From assembly GCF_000181795.1 (NCBI RefSeq), contig NW_003526943.1, positions 62,043 to 126,000 on the forward strand: a DNA stretch of 63,958 bases, written 5' to 3'. Under the pieces are notes generated by a model. That model did no database searches, was not told the DNA's origin, and saw nothing but the letters and a program-made list of their open reading frames with translations. The stretch is from Trichinella spiralis (lineage: Eukaryota). Shown in pieces: positions 1-12,247 of the stretch. Within the stretch, counting starts at the first letter, position 1. Every line of letters begins with the position of its first letter. The translations under genes were made by a program, and so were the position numbers.

Positions 1-999
1 GAGAAAAATTTCACAAAGTGACGATCATCATGGTGCTAAGAATTATTACCTTTCTTGTAATTTGTAAAAAAAAATTGGATATAAACTGAAAAACAGTATA
101 AATTTCAATAATTGACTTAAATTAATTACACATTATTCAGTTAAAAAAGCCAATTTTGTCGGAAAAACTTAATAATTTGCAACGAGCAACAACAATTTGG
201 GAAATTTTTTCAACAATAGGGCATTATCTTCAAATAAGTAAAAGAAAATAAATAGATTTCCTTACATTGTCGGAAGCATCCATCGCCAAATAGAATAAAA
301 ACAGCTAACATCAAAACTTTCAAAAAGCCAAAAGCGGGACAATATACAGTAAAACAATTGTAATGCAGGTTCAAACAACTGTAAATTTCAAATTTTGAAA
401 TTTTGTGATACTTATGAACAACTAGAAATATATAATTTAAATGCTTAAAATGCATCTATTTTTAAAATAATAATGTTTTCATCAAAAGTTGTAATTTATA
501 ACAATATATCACTATAAACGGTGCCATTGCCAAATTATTGGTACAAAAATAGGCGTTAAAATAATATTTGGGCAAATAAACTAATAAAAAATTATTTTAA
601 AATAAATTTAAATATTTTTAAAAAATAAATGAAGTTCTGCTATTATTTTCTTCAATAAATAATTCTGTAATACTTACGAGAGATTTTTAAGTCAAAAAAT
701 TATGTAAAATTATATTCAGATGATTTTTAGATCTTAAAGATGAACACAAAATGCAGTATCAACACTGCATCTTAATATAAATCTCATGAGCAAGCCCCGA
801 AGAATTGGCGACACGATGGCTTTTGGTTATACAAATCGTTCTGTTCATAGGTAAAAACTGCTTTCTGCATTTAGAGTGACATATTAAATATAAGGAAAAG
901 TGCATAATATAAGTATTGGCGGCCACGTTGTAAGAGATTTTCATGGTTGACCGAGGCAACAAGGTACAGTATGAAAAAATATGCGTTGTGATCATAATC

Positions 1000-1610
1000 G
1001 CTTTTGGTTTGTGTTCTCGTTGATTAGTCGTTGTTGTTTGTACTAGTAAAAGTTTGTTTACCCGTTGCGAGTGTTTTTTCCTTTGGTTTTAGAATGGCTA
1101 CGAAACCTGAAAGAAGTCACAAGGGCACGTCAAGTTGCGATGATCAACCTGATAATTGCGAATTTACAGTATGATTAGCCGAATACGACTAGCGACTCAC
1201 AGCTCGCATTGTTGTCTTGCGTCCTGTGATTTACGAAATTTGATAACAGTAATAATATCCTCGTTAGGACAGTTTTGCTGAACACAGTACACTTCACTTG
1301 GACGAACAGTTATCAACTTCCACTTTCTTTGTAGTACGATATCAGTTGCTAACTGAATACTTCTCGAACAGCAACAACCTGGTCATTTAATATTGATTCG
1401 TTGGCACTGATACTTAGCTGAATGATTGATTTCCCATTGAGCAGACTCGGTATTAGCTGTTCGTTGATCTCCTCCAACGTCTTGTGGTTATTTTGGTAAC
1501 TCTATCAGTAGAATAGCTATACTTTCGATTCACAGCACACATGTTTACAGTGACAAGGCTGTAATTTCAGCTAGGCAGGCTGGGCATGTTTATTTTGACA
1601 CAAAGAAAAT
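1000..1610 (+). ncRNA. Unassigned highly structured RNA candidate (multi-stem, no ORF)
   Basis: GC-enriched island with no long ORF and many complementary arms: 1114-1126/1221-1232, 1240-1247/1309-1316, 1340-1358/1396-1412, 1414-1422/1566-1574, 1450-1462/1511-1522, 1545-1550/1559-1564, 1324-1332/1600-1608. Wobble pairs are G-U on the + strand. Family not recognised; ends approximate. Confidence 0.5.
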
Positions 1611-1688
1611 CTACTAAATAAAAAATCAATTTCGATGCTTTTCTAAAAAAAATAATGTACTTCTCACTGTAGAGAAGAGGAAAAATCA

Positions 1689-1691
<3 letters not shown>

Positions 1692-1730
<39 letters not shown>
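1692..1730. repeat. (ATT)n microsatellite
   Basis: Perfect trinucleotide tandem run. Confidence 0.95.
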
Positions 1731-1734
<4 letters not shown>

Positions 1735-3136
1735 ATAACTTAGATTATGTAAACGCTTGTCTAATATTTAAAAATTCACGGTTAGATACTTCGTCAATAT
1801 AGTTACAGTATGACGGTACTTGAACCTGAAATTTAAATTTCTTCTTAATGTACGTACAATTTCACTTCTTTCCAAAACAGTTAGGCATATATTTTTTATT
1901 CTTTCTGGTCTCATAGATGCATTGTGCTCTTTTATTAAAAAATGAATCAATAAATTATTTTAAAAAATGTGTCTAAACAGAATATATGATAATGAAAAGA
2001 TGTTCACCCTTAAATTGACATGACATGATTTGTTTAAGAATGGAACTTAAAAGAGTTTGTTTGCCGTTGAATAGAATGTATAGATAGAATTTTGAAACAA
2101 AAACCGTCATCTAGAATTAAAGTTATCCAACGAACTGTCTGCAGATTGTTAAATAGTATTAAAAGTAATATAAAATTGTTTTCATACCATAGTTCCAAAT
2201 TTGAATTTTCATTTTTTTTCTTTTTTGATTTGATGATATTCTCACAAGAATTAATTTTCTATGATAATTAGATTTTTTTTGAAAACAAATCCACAAACGC
2301 TCTTTCTGGTTTAATGTTTGTGAAAATAATTTATATTGAGGTCTCAGAATCGATATTCATCAGTAATCAAATAATGTAGGTAAAAATGATTCATCACAGA
2401 CTTCGTTATGCACTGTTCCTAATCAACTTAAATGAATTTATATATTGACTTCTCTTGGGTTTTAACATATTCCACTATTCTTTCAGATATTAAACGCCTA
2501 TACAAAATTTAAATATTTTATTTATAAATTAATAATTTTTTTCAAAATGATAATTTGAAATTGTAAAAATAAATTTTAAAGTAAATCAACAAAAAGAAAT
2601 GAATAATAATTTATTTATAAGCATTTTATTATTATTGCATTTGCTTTTTATAATTGCGTTATAATTTTTCTGGATTGATTCTTTTCATTCATAATACAAA
2701 TGGTTTAAAATGAAATGGCAGAACAAAGTGAACTTGTACACAGTACATTATTACTACAAGTTTATACAGTTATATGCATAAAATAAATTTTTTTTTTAAT
2801 TTAGAAATATTAAACTACATCATCAAAGATCGTTCTGATAGAAAAATGGTAACAAACTCTTTACTGAATGACAGAGATGATTGAATTAATAAGCAATAGT
2901 CAGAATAATCTTTTTCATTTATACAGCACAAAGTTAAAAAAAATTTTTTGCACATAACATTATTAAAGACAGAAATTGAAACTGTTTCCTGCCCTGTTTG
3001 CCATGGCAAAGTTGGTCCAAGTTGGACATTTTTCTACAAAAGAAGAAAAAGGACAAAAAACAGCAAAATACAATGTGTGAATCAACAAATCAATGTTGGA
3101 ACCGGGGTATATGTTGGAAAAGAACGACGGAAACGA

Positions 3137-4577
3137 CTATTTTCCTAGATATTCTCTCGGAGGCAGGTCGATTCCTTTAATAATCGAATCCAACGCTTGC
3201 TCTTTGGTTTTGCCACATGTTAACAAGTACTGCTTTAAATCTCGCCTCCGAGTGCGACACTTTTTATGCACAATTTCCCGAAATGCATGATTGCGTTCAA
3301 AAGCTTTGAACTTCCAACCCGGATAATAATGTTCGATTAATTTACAACAGGGCAAAAGACGATCAGGGGGAAATTCGATGCCCGTCTCATATTGGGTGCC
3401 GACGAACAGTTCTGACTTTTGTCGACCCTGCAAATTTGACGACAACGAATTCGAAGCAGGCAAAGCAGGCAACCGTCGCATGGCCAATTCCAACGGGTGG
3501 TAGACATAATCCAATAACGAGACCAGCGCTTTGCTTGCCGCCCAACCACTAGGCTCTGGCGGATTATCCTTCAGCATCTTCTCAACCACTGAAGCTGGGA
3601 ACTTGTAACTATGACAACTGCCATGTTCGTCCACAACATTCGTAACAATGTAGCCTCCATCTGAAATTGCGCACTGGCCTTGCAAAGGCAATGCTGACGA
3701 CATCTGAGCACTTTTCATAAACTCAGACAAAGTCTTACTCGAACACGTTGATATAATTATTCCATCATGTTGTAATGAATTGGACAACAAATTATTATTA
3801 TTATTATTATTGTTGTTGTTGTTATTATTATTACTGTTGCTGTTGCTGTTATTGCTGTTGGTGGTGTTGTTACCATTGTTTCTCTTGTTACTATCCTTTG
3901 AGAAGTGATTCACATTACTTGAACTAAGGCATGGTAGGCTGTCCAGTATAGATCCGTTGAATGAATTTGTCGTTTCAATGAACGGTTTTTCATCCATCAA
4001 TAATGGAGAACAACAACGTTTTCTTTTTTTCATATTCATTGCCGCCTGTTGTTGCTTTTGAATACTATTCACACCCCGTTCAATGTTCATCACACGCCGT
4101 TCAAGCGAATCAAAGCGACTATCGATTCGTGTTTGCAGTTGTTGTAATGTCGACAAAATCACACCCAAAGCCGACTGCGGTAGTTCATAATTTCCATGTG
4201 ACGCTTAAAAATAAATTTAAATGTTTATCATTTCATTATCAAAAATTATTTTAATTAAAAAAATAAAAATTAACCACATTTTCATCATATAACAAATAAA
4301 AAATTTCATTTACAAAAGCATCGAGCATACAGTAGAATTTACATACATGCTACTGCTGGATCATTTTTTACATTACTGTTAAATAAGCAAAATAGAAATT
4401 TATTTCCAAATTTCATTTTTTACTTTGATATCGCATCATTCCTGCGTGTAATCGCGCATCATGACCATCAGATGCATTCTCTGTCGATCCGCTAGGACAC
4501 ATCGACCACATGGAGACGTCGTGTGATCGTGAAGACAAAGAAGCAGCAGAAAAAACATCAGAACTTGCTGCTTCCAT
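3137..4577 (-). CDS. Coiled-coil + BEN-domain protein, BANP/SMAR1-like, paralogue 1 (~406 aa)
   Basis: Exons 4424-4577 and 3137-4203 join in frame through a phase-1 GT-AG intron. N-terminal coiled coil LQQLQTRIDSRFDSLERRVMNIE, then a poly-Asn tract. C-terminal KALVSLLDYVYHPLELA...VHKKCRTRRR resembles the BANP BEN domain as recalled (MALTLLDYLFHREVQA...IDSKCRTAWRR). Confidence 0.8.
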
Positions 4578-6230
4578 TACTGTAATTTCATACAATACTA
4601 AAGAATTAAAATTTTTCAAGTAAAAGGTACTTGTTTATGCATTCTCTGAAGCATTTTTTAATTATCATTTTATCCGACGCTATTTCATCATCATTTGCAA
4701 ATGCCAGCTCTATGCACAACTATTACTCATCTATTTTTATTTTAATTAATCATTATGGAAACGTTTGAACCAATTTCATCAAAAATTACTAATGTCGCTT
4801 TCATAATTCCTATTAATGTTTCATTCAAAGAATCATATAATCAGTGTACTTGATGAATAGCATCTGTAAGTTGGTAAACGTTGCAAAAGTGAAGCTTTTC
4901 ATCATGATAAAGTTGAACAAGTCGGAGGTATATTTTAATAATGCTATTAACAATCATTCATTTATATCGTTAAATCATATATTACAACAATACATACGTA
5001 TACATATTCACATACAGTACTACATCTTTACACATATTTATTTATAGATGAAAGTAAATCATAAACATAAATCAATATCTAGAATGCAGAAATAATAATT
5101 TCCATATACATGCAGTCTCAGTTTTTCACATGTAATATACATACAAACATCGATTCCAGTATTATATAGCATTAAGAATTAAAATATAAAAAATACTTTA
5201 AAATGTTTAAATCAATAGCTAATAATAAATATCATTTCATTAATTAAATGAATTTCTTTTTCGGCTAGTCATAAATCTAAAATAATTTAAAAAATCACAG
5301 GATATAACACAAATCGAAGCGTACAAATCTCAATAAGGTGCACTACCATCACAGCAGCTTATATGGACATGAATAACAACGAATATTAAACCAATCTTAA
5401 CAATAAACATAAACATTGCTAGGTAATGCAAAAATATACCAACCAATCATTGACTGAAAAAGTAAACATTATTAATATCAGAGTGATGATATACAATGCT
5501 TAATGGAAGCTCATCAAAATTATGTTTAAAAGCATTACTTGAAAAAAACAGCTGCATAAAAAGGTTTGATAAATGTAGACAATTACAAATACATTCGCAC
5601 TTTACAATTTGTGGTAAAAGATTACGGTAAGCAAAAGATATGTAATAGATTTTCAAGTACAGTATCGTACGGTTGCTAATGTTACTTTCATTCTAATGAT
5701 GCTAGAATTTTCATTCAAAACACATGTAATACGTTGCACATTGTAATTATCATTAACCTTTAATTTTCATGCGTGTCAATAAAAATAATATTACTTATAA
5801 AATTTTAAACAACTTTAATACTTCATCAATAAAAGTATTTGCTACATTTCACTACTGTTCTGTTATTCTTATATGCGTTCAGCAATCCTATCAGTCTGCT
5901 GTCATTCAAATGTTTACTAATAAACATCTAAACTACTATCATTTTACAGCTTGTGTCTGATTACCACCCGCCTTACGAAAAACATTTTAATATCCTTAGT
6001 TTTATAACATATCAATAAATGAATTCAAATGTTGTTCTAGTTAAAATATCAAAAATGCATAAAACATTCAACGAGGTATCCAAAACTGCAGTGAAGAATC
6101 GTTGCAATCATTACAATGAATGAAGTAAAATGACATGGCCATAAATCACTGATGATGTTTAAAATCTATAAATGATATTGTAGTAGTGCAATTTCTTATA
6201 AATGCAGTTACCAAAAGAAATAAATGCGAC

Positions 6231-7609
6231 CTATCTGTCGGCGTTATCTCGTACAGGCAAATCTATTCCTTTAATTATTGATTCCAAGGCTTCTTCTTTC
6301 GGTTTCCCACAGACCAGTAAATACTGCTTCAAATCACGTCGTCTAGATCTGCATTTTTTATGAATCATCTCTCGAAAAGCATGATTGCGTTCAAAAGCTT
6401 TGTATTTCCAGTTTGCATAGAAGTGTTCAATCAGTTTACAGCAGGGGAGAAACCGATTTGATTCAAATTCGACACCCATTTCAAACTGAGTTCCAAGAAA
6501 TAATTCACACTTTTGACGACCATGAAGTTTGCCAGTTACTTGTGCCCATTTGGAAGAAATTGGTAAAGATGGAAGTCGTCTCATTGCCAATTCTAATGGA
6601 TGGTAAACAAAATCTAACAAACAAACGAGAGCTTTACTAGCTGCCCAACCACTGGGTTCTGGGGGATTATCTTTCAACACTTTCTCTACCAGGAAACCCG
6701 GAAAATTGTAAGTAAACAAATATCCCTCTTCATTTTTTACGTTAACTTTAACATCACCACCCGGTAATGTAAAACAGTCACCAGTAACAGCTTTAGCAGA
6801 AGTTGACATTGAGCTTTTCATAAATTCAGAAAACGTTTTAGCAGAACAAGAACTCAAAAACATATTATCGCACTGCAAATTGTCATCCGGGTTATCCAAC
6901 ATTGAAAAAACGTTGCTACCGAACAAATTACTTGAATTCGAAGTCAAATTTCGCTTTGAAAATAAATCTTCTGTTGCACTTTCTGCAGAATTACAACATT
7001 TCTGCCTTTTAAAATCTATTTCACCTTTCTGAATCGATGCCAAGGTATGCTCAATGTAAGATATTCGTCTTTCCAATGCATGACAACGAGCATCAAAACG
7101 CCACTGTAGTCTCTCCAAAGCTGTCAATATTATTCCAATTTCTACTTGAGAAGCTCTGAAGTTGCGATCAATTACTAAAAATAAATTTATTAATACCTAA
7201 AGTTAACTGAAATTAAATATGTCAACTAACATATTAATAACACAAAAAGGATTATTGAAACAAGATTAATACACTGATATGACATGACATGACATGGATA
7301 TGTCACAGCGTATACGGCAAAAAGTTACGAGGCGACAAAAAATAACGAATTAGGTTGAAAAATAAAAAAACACGCAAAGATGAAAACATCAGAATAAACG
7401 ATATCATATATTATTTGTGCACCTGAGCATAACCTACCTGAACCTAAGTAATTATCGCATTCTATTTCAACTTTTTCCGCTGCCCTTTGATCAATTCGAG
7501 TTTCATGAAAGATACCATTAGTACTATTTCCAGCACGAAATATCCAAGGATGAATGTTCGCATTTGCAGATGCGGCTGTTGCGCAACGCTCAGGTGATGT
7601 TGATTCCAT
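6231..7609 (-). CDS. Coiled-coil + BEN-domain protein, BANP/SMAR1-like, paralogue 2 (~371 aa)
   Basis: Exons 7438-7609 and 6231-7174, with a phase-1 intron at the equivalent position to paralogue 1. The C-terminal domain is near-identical to paralogue 1 (LKDNPPEPSGWAASKALV, HPLELAMRRLP, KAFERNHAFRE, RRRDLKQYLL, SIIKGIDLP). Confidence 0.8.
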
Positions 7610-8699
7610 CTCTCTAAAAAAATCACAAGTAAAAATAATTTTATAACACCACAGTGAAAACACTAATTTTCAGCCTACTGCAATGCAGGAAAATCAAGAA
7701 ATAAATTGAAAGATAACGGAAAATTACATGCCATACGCAAACATGCAAAATGAACGCAACCTTGGATAGTACGAAATAAACACAAGTATGCATAAATCAT
7801 TAAAATCTGCATTACAGTAAAATTAATTTAAAATGCATAAACAATATTTTCAAAGAAATTAAACAAAATAAACATTTTAAATTTCAAATAAATTTGCTGC
7901 AAACTATAGGAATGTATGAGATGCCTTATAGTAAAATGTGAAAGTTAGGTATCATTTCAGTATTATCAAAATTTATAAACTAAAATCTTGTTTGTTAGTT
8001 GTTTAAAATAGTGTATTACCATTATTTAGCAATGATATATTTATAATTGCAAATAAAATTGTTGAATTCTTGTTTATACTAAGTTTTATTTTCAACAAAT
8101 TTTTATGATGCATTTTTGCGCATAACTGATCGTAAAGTTCATGAAATCAGCAGAGCAATTACAACAAAAGTAACTTATAATCAAATTGTGCTACTATGCA
8201 TATGTTTTGCAAAATACTTCACGCTCCATTTGAATGTTTATAATAACTTTCATCAGTAAATGTTTTAAAATGTTATGTGATATGAGCATTCTGTCATTCT
8301 TTTTTAACTTAATGTTTTGCAAATGGATTGCCTGCTTATTTATTGTTGTGTCATAGATTTAAAAATGAATGAATAATGACGTTAAAACAAAATTTTAACA
8401 ATAAATATGAGTAAAACCAGAACACGCCTAAAAATAGTGAATCTTTTTGTTCTTGTTACATAAAGTTTTTAAGCATATATAAAAAATAAATAATGATATA
8501 TGATCTCACATGTTTGTTACATATCAGCATAAATATCTTCATAAAAATGAAATTAATGAATTATAATTTCAAAATGAAAAATGATTGGATAAAAGTGAAT
8601 CATACTGAATAATTTAGTAATTAAACTGTATCTAATAAAACATGCCGTCATATTGAAAATTTGATCAAATTTTCAGCTAAAAGCAACTCTTTCAATCAG

Positions 8700-11247
8700 C
8701 TAGTGAATTTTTGCCGTTTTGCATACTTCAGCTCTCACAGCTTCATTCATGTACCGCACGTCACCATCAACCATATTGGCAGGTACCGCTTTGTCTAAAT
8801 TCGATCATTTGTAAAATATGAATTGGATAAGAATTGCCATAATCTTTGATATTTTCCAAAATTGTATAACGTTTTCAAGCATGCATATCTAACTCATATA
8901 CTAAATTAAATTATATAAAGTAAATTTTTATATTTTCAAAAACTATATCCATCTAAACTTAAATCCTGACAAATCATCACATACCTATTTGTTTTGGATT
9001 ATCCAGCTTCAAATTTTTCATAAATTCAACGAATTGATCAATTGGCAATGTAAGTCTTGGGTTGTATTTCTTCTCCTCTTCAACGCTAGTTACAGAAAAA
9101 CCTAAACAATGAAAATCATAAAAGTAAAATTAAAATTAAATTTCAAAATGCTTGCCTTTATAATCATGACCAGGAAAAAGCAAATAGTCGTCAGGAAGAG
9201 AAAATATTTGAGAATGTACAGAATTGTATAACTTTCTCGAATCACCTAAAAGTTGTTGCGTATGTAAAAGATGCAGTTCGAATATGAAGAATATTTTTAA
9301 AGTGCCACCTTGCTGAAAATCTGTACGACCGCAGCCACGAATCAAGAGAGTGTCTCCGGTCATTGCAAATCGCTCTTCATGACAAACATAAGTAATGCAG
9401 CCTAATAAAATAAAACAAAGTTTAAACCATAAAGTTAATTAAGGAATATCTTGCCATTTGTATGTCCAGGTGTGCTACGTGCTTCAATACAGCAATCACC
9501 AAACTGAATAGTTTCGCCATTGACAAGTGTTATATTTGCTTTGGCTCCTGAAGCATGACTGATAAAACTTTTACATTCTGGCACCAATTTACGAAGTTCA
9601 GCTGTGGCTGTTACATGATCAGCGTGAGCATGAGTATTTCCTAGAAAAATTTAAACTGCTGTTTAAAGAGTTGCCAACAGATTTATTTTTAAATTAAAAA
9701 AAGATAATATTCATTTTATTTAAAATAAGAATTACAAAAGATTTTTTATTATTTAATGTCGAAATGTGAATTAGGCGCCGGTTTACTGTTGGCCTATAAG
9801 TAGTTATTTACGTAAGAAAAAGAATGCAGTCAAAGTTATAAATATAAAAAAAAGGTAATAAGTTGCAACAGCAAATTGCCATTTGATTATCCTAGCAAAC
9901 TAATTTATTAGCTAATAAAACAGTTTAAAAACAAACGTTTGACGTTCGAACACTTTTTAACTTAAATTTACAAGGCAATCACAATAATTTTTTTCTGTAC
10001 TTCTGCAAGAAACCATTTGCGTAAAACAACAAATCCCTTGTCTGAAATATTTTTGTTTCTGAAATAAGTAAAAACACTATTTCCGCTTTTTAACAACTGG
10101 AGTTATAAATTCATGACTATACTGCGATTAAAACAATCAAAAATTATTATAAAACGTATCTATATCAGATAATGTATTGCAGTATTTCTGCATTTATGTC
10201 TCACCTGCATATTTTAATTTTAGTCCCAATTCGTGAATGATTTGTAAATCACGATCAACCATTTCAATAACAGGATCGATCAAAATAGCCTCTCTGGTCT
10301 TCGGACATCCCAGCAAATATGTAAATGTTGATGTTTTGCTTTCAAACATCTGTAAATAATGCTTGTATAAAATTAACTATATCAATATACAACAGTATTG
10401 ATTTTCTTATTTTGATAGAAATAACAAGAAATTTTTTCATATAAATAATCTGTTTACAAAATCCATCATTTTATTTCATTGATTAATATGAAAAGTATTG
10501 CGTTAAAGTGAGGTAGAATAAAAAACAATGCAAACTGTGATTTCCATCTTCATTTAAATTATGTTTTAGCTGAAAATATTACAAATTAAATTTTTATATT
10601 TGTAGAAGATAACAAATTAATCGAACGATGCTAATATCAGAATAATTAAAAAGAACTGAAACTGAAAACAGAAAAACTAAATATCTACAACATGTATTTA
10701 TTTAAATAATGTAACAAAACTAATGTAGTGAAACGTAAAATAAATATTTCAATAAACGTGCTTCATTATTTTTTCATTATAAAATAAATTAATAAAGTTG
10801 AATAAAAAGTGTTCAGCATTACAAACATTTTAAGAACGTCACGTACGCAGGAAACTAGACTGCATTATTTCCTGTCAACCTTGTGCCACTTCAGAATAAA
10901 AAATGCAAGCAAAACAGCTCACATGTGTGAACAGCTTTAAAGTAAACATCACAACGGAAAAATGCAAAATAACGTTTGATGTAATGCTGTTACTTTAAAG
11001 GAAAAAACCAATAATGCACTGAAAATTTTCAAAATGCAATAATTAATAAATAACAAAGACATATAAATCCATGTAATTTTGTAGAAAATATGTATGAACA
11101 TGAACATTATCAGAACAACTGAAAGTGTCGATTATATAAAAAAAATAAAATTAAAAGCTTCTTATTAAAATGTTACTTTAACAATATTATCCACAGTATT
11201 TCAAAATAACAAACCTGTCGAAAAATCAGTTTTCTCATTAACGCCAT
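8700..11247 (-). CDS. ETHE1: Persulfide dioxygenase ETHE1 (metallo-beta-lactamase fold)
   Basis: Exons 11215-11247, 10205-10349, 9455-9640, 9309-9401, 9156-9245, 8985-9101, 8700-8794. Motifs [69 protein letters not shown]. Introns 9402-9454 and 9102-9155 have GC donors. Confidence 0.95.
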
Positions 11248-12089
11248 CTTCCAACCAACAGAACCTCAAATTTGAAAAAAACACTTGAAATACAACTGTA
11301 ATAATTAATATTACACAGGCAGTAATTTATAAATGAAAAACAAAAAAAAACAAATATATCAAAATAATGAATGGAAAATACGTAAACTAGCACACCGATA
11401 AAGAAAAATCGATCTTTATGCTTTAAACAAAAAAAATTGTTTATAATACACTGTAAAAGCTGCATAACAATAAAAGCAAGAAATGAATACACACAACTTA
11501 TGATAAAATTTTACTTTTATCAAAAATAACGTGCAATACGGTTGACAAGAAAATTCTGAAATAAAATAAAAAATGCACCACCTTCGGTTAAATAATGTTT
11601 TAGCACTGCCTTATTTGCTTACAGTATTACATATTCAGGTCACATTGAACATTATTTTCAGAATTTATTTTCTATAGTATTATAAAAAATGATGTTTTTT
11701 TTCATTTTTTTGATACAACGTCGATCAATTTTGTTGAAACAATAATTTTATTTTTATATTTACTGCATATTTTCATTGATGAGAAATTAAAAACAGTTTA
11801 ACTTTAATTACTATTTCTGCTTGATAATTACAGCTTATTTGTTAAGTTTCTGCCTGTTTTGCAGTGTTGCTGCAGCTTTTTATTACAATAATTAATTTTA
11901 TTATAAAAACTAACGCCGTGTATGTACTTATTTATGCAAACGTTGTATATATGCATTATACTTATATATATATACTAAGCGAAATGATACCTACTTTGAA
12001 TAACCATTCACAACCAAAACAAATATATATATCCTGTATTTTGATTGTATGATTTCATTGATATTAAGATGATTAAATATATAAATTAA

Positions 12090-12247
12090 AAGGGGGCGCG
12101 AACGCCTCCCTAACTCAAAAACTATGCGGAGAATACATTTCAAACTGAAATGATCCCAGGGTTCAACAAGGGCCAAGTGCAATGCCCAAGTCTCCTCCTG
12201 CATCAACAATCTTCTTGATCATTGTTGATGATCCGCCAGGTAAGTAT
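12090..12247 (-). ncRNA. U1: U1 spliceosomal snRNA
   Basis: Minus strand begins ATACTTACCTGGC. SL1 is a perfect 10-bp stem with loop GATCAAGAAG (U1-70K site). SL2 loop is CATTGCACT (U1A site). Helix H is GCGGA/TCCGC, followed by Sm-like ATAGTTTTTGAG and a 3' GC-rich hairpin with TTCG loop. Confidence 0.96.

Noticed and set aside
781..815. CGGGGCTT on the minus strand resembling RNase MRP CR-V
   Set aside because: No matching GAAAGTCCCC CR-I on that strand within range.
965..990. Similarity of TATGAAAAAATATGCGT to the U1 upstream sequence (shared promoter element?)
   Set aside because: AT-rich, gapped match with uncertain spacing; not distinguishable from chance by eye.
997..1010. ATCGCTTTTGG resembling the U2 snRNA 5' end
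   Set aside because: No GTAGTA branch-point pairing region or other U2 sequence follows at the expected position.
9438..9448. TTCCTTAAT (U12-type branch-like) in an ETHE1 intron
   Set aside because: Lies near the 5' end of the intron and the donor lacks the RTATCCTT U12 consensus.
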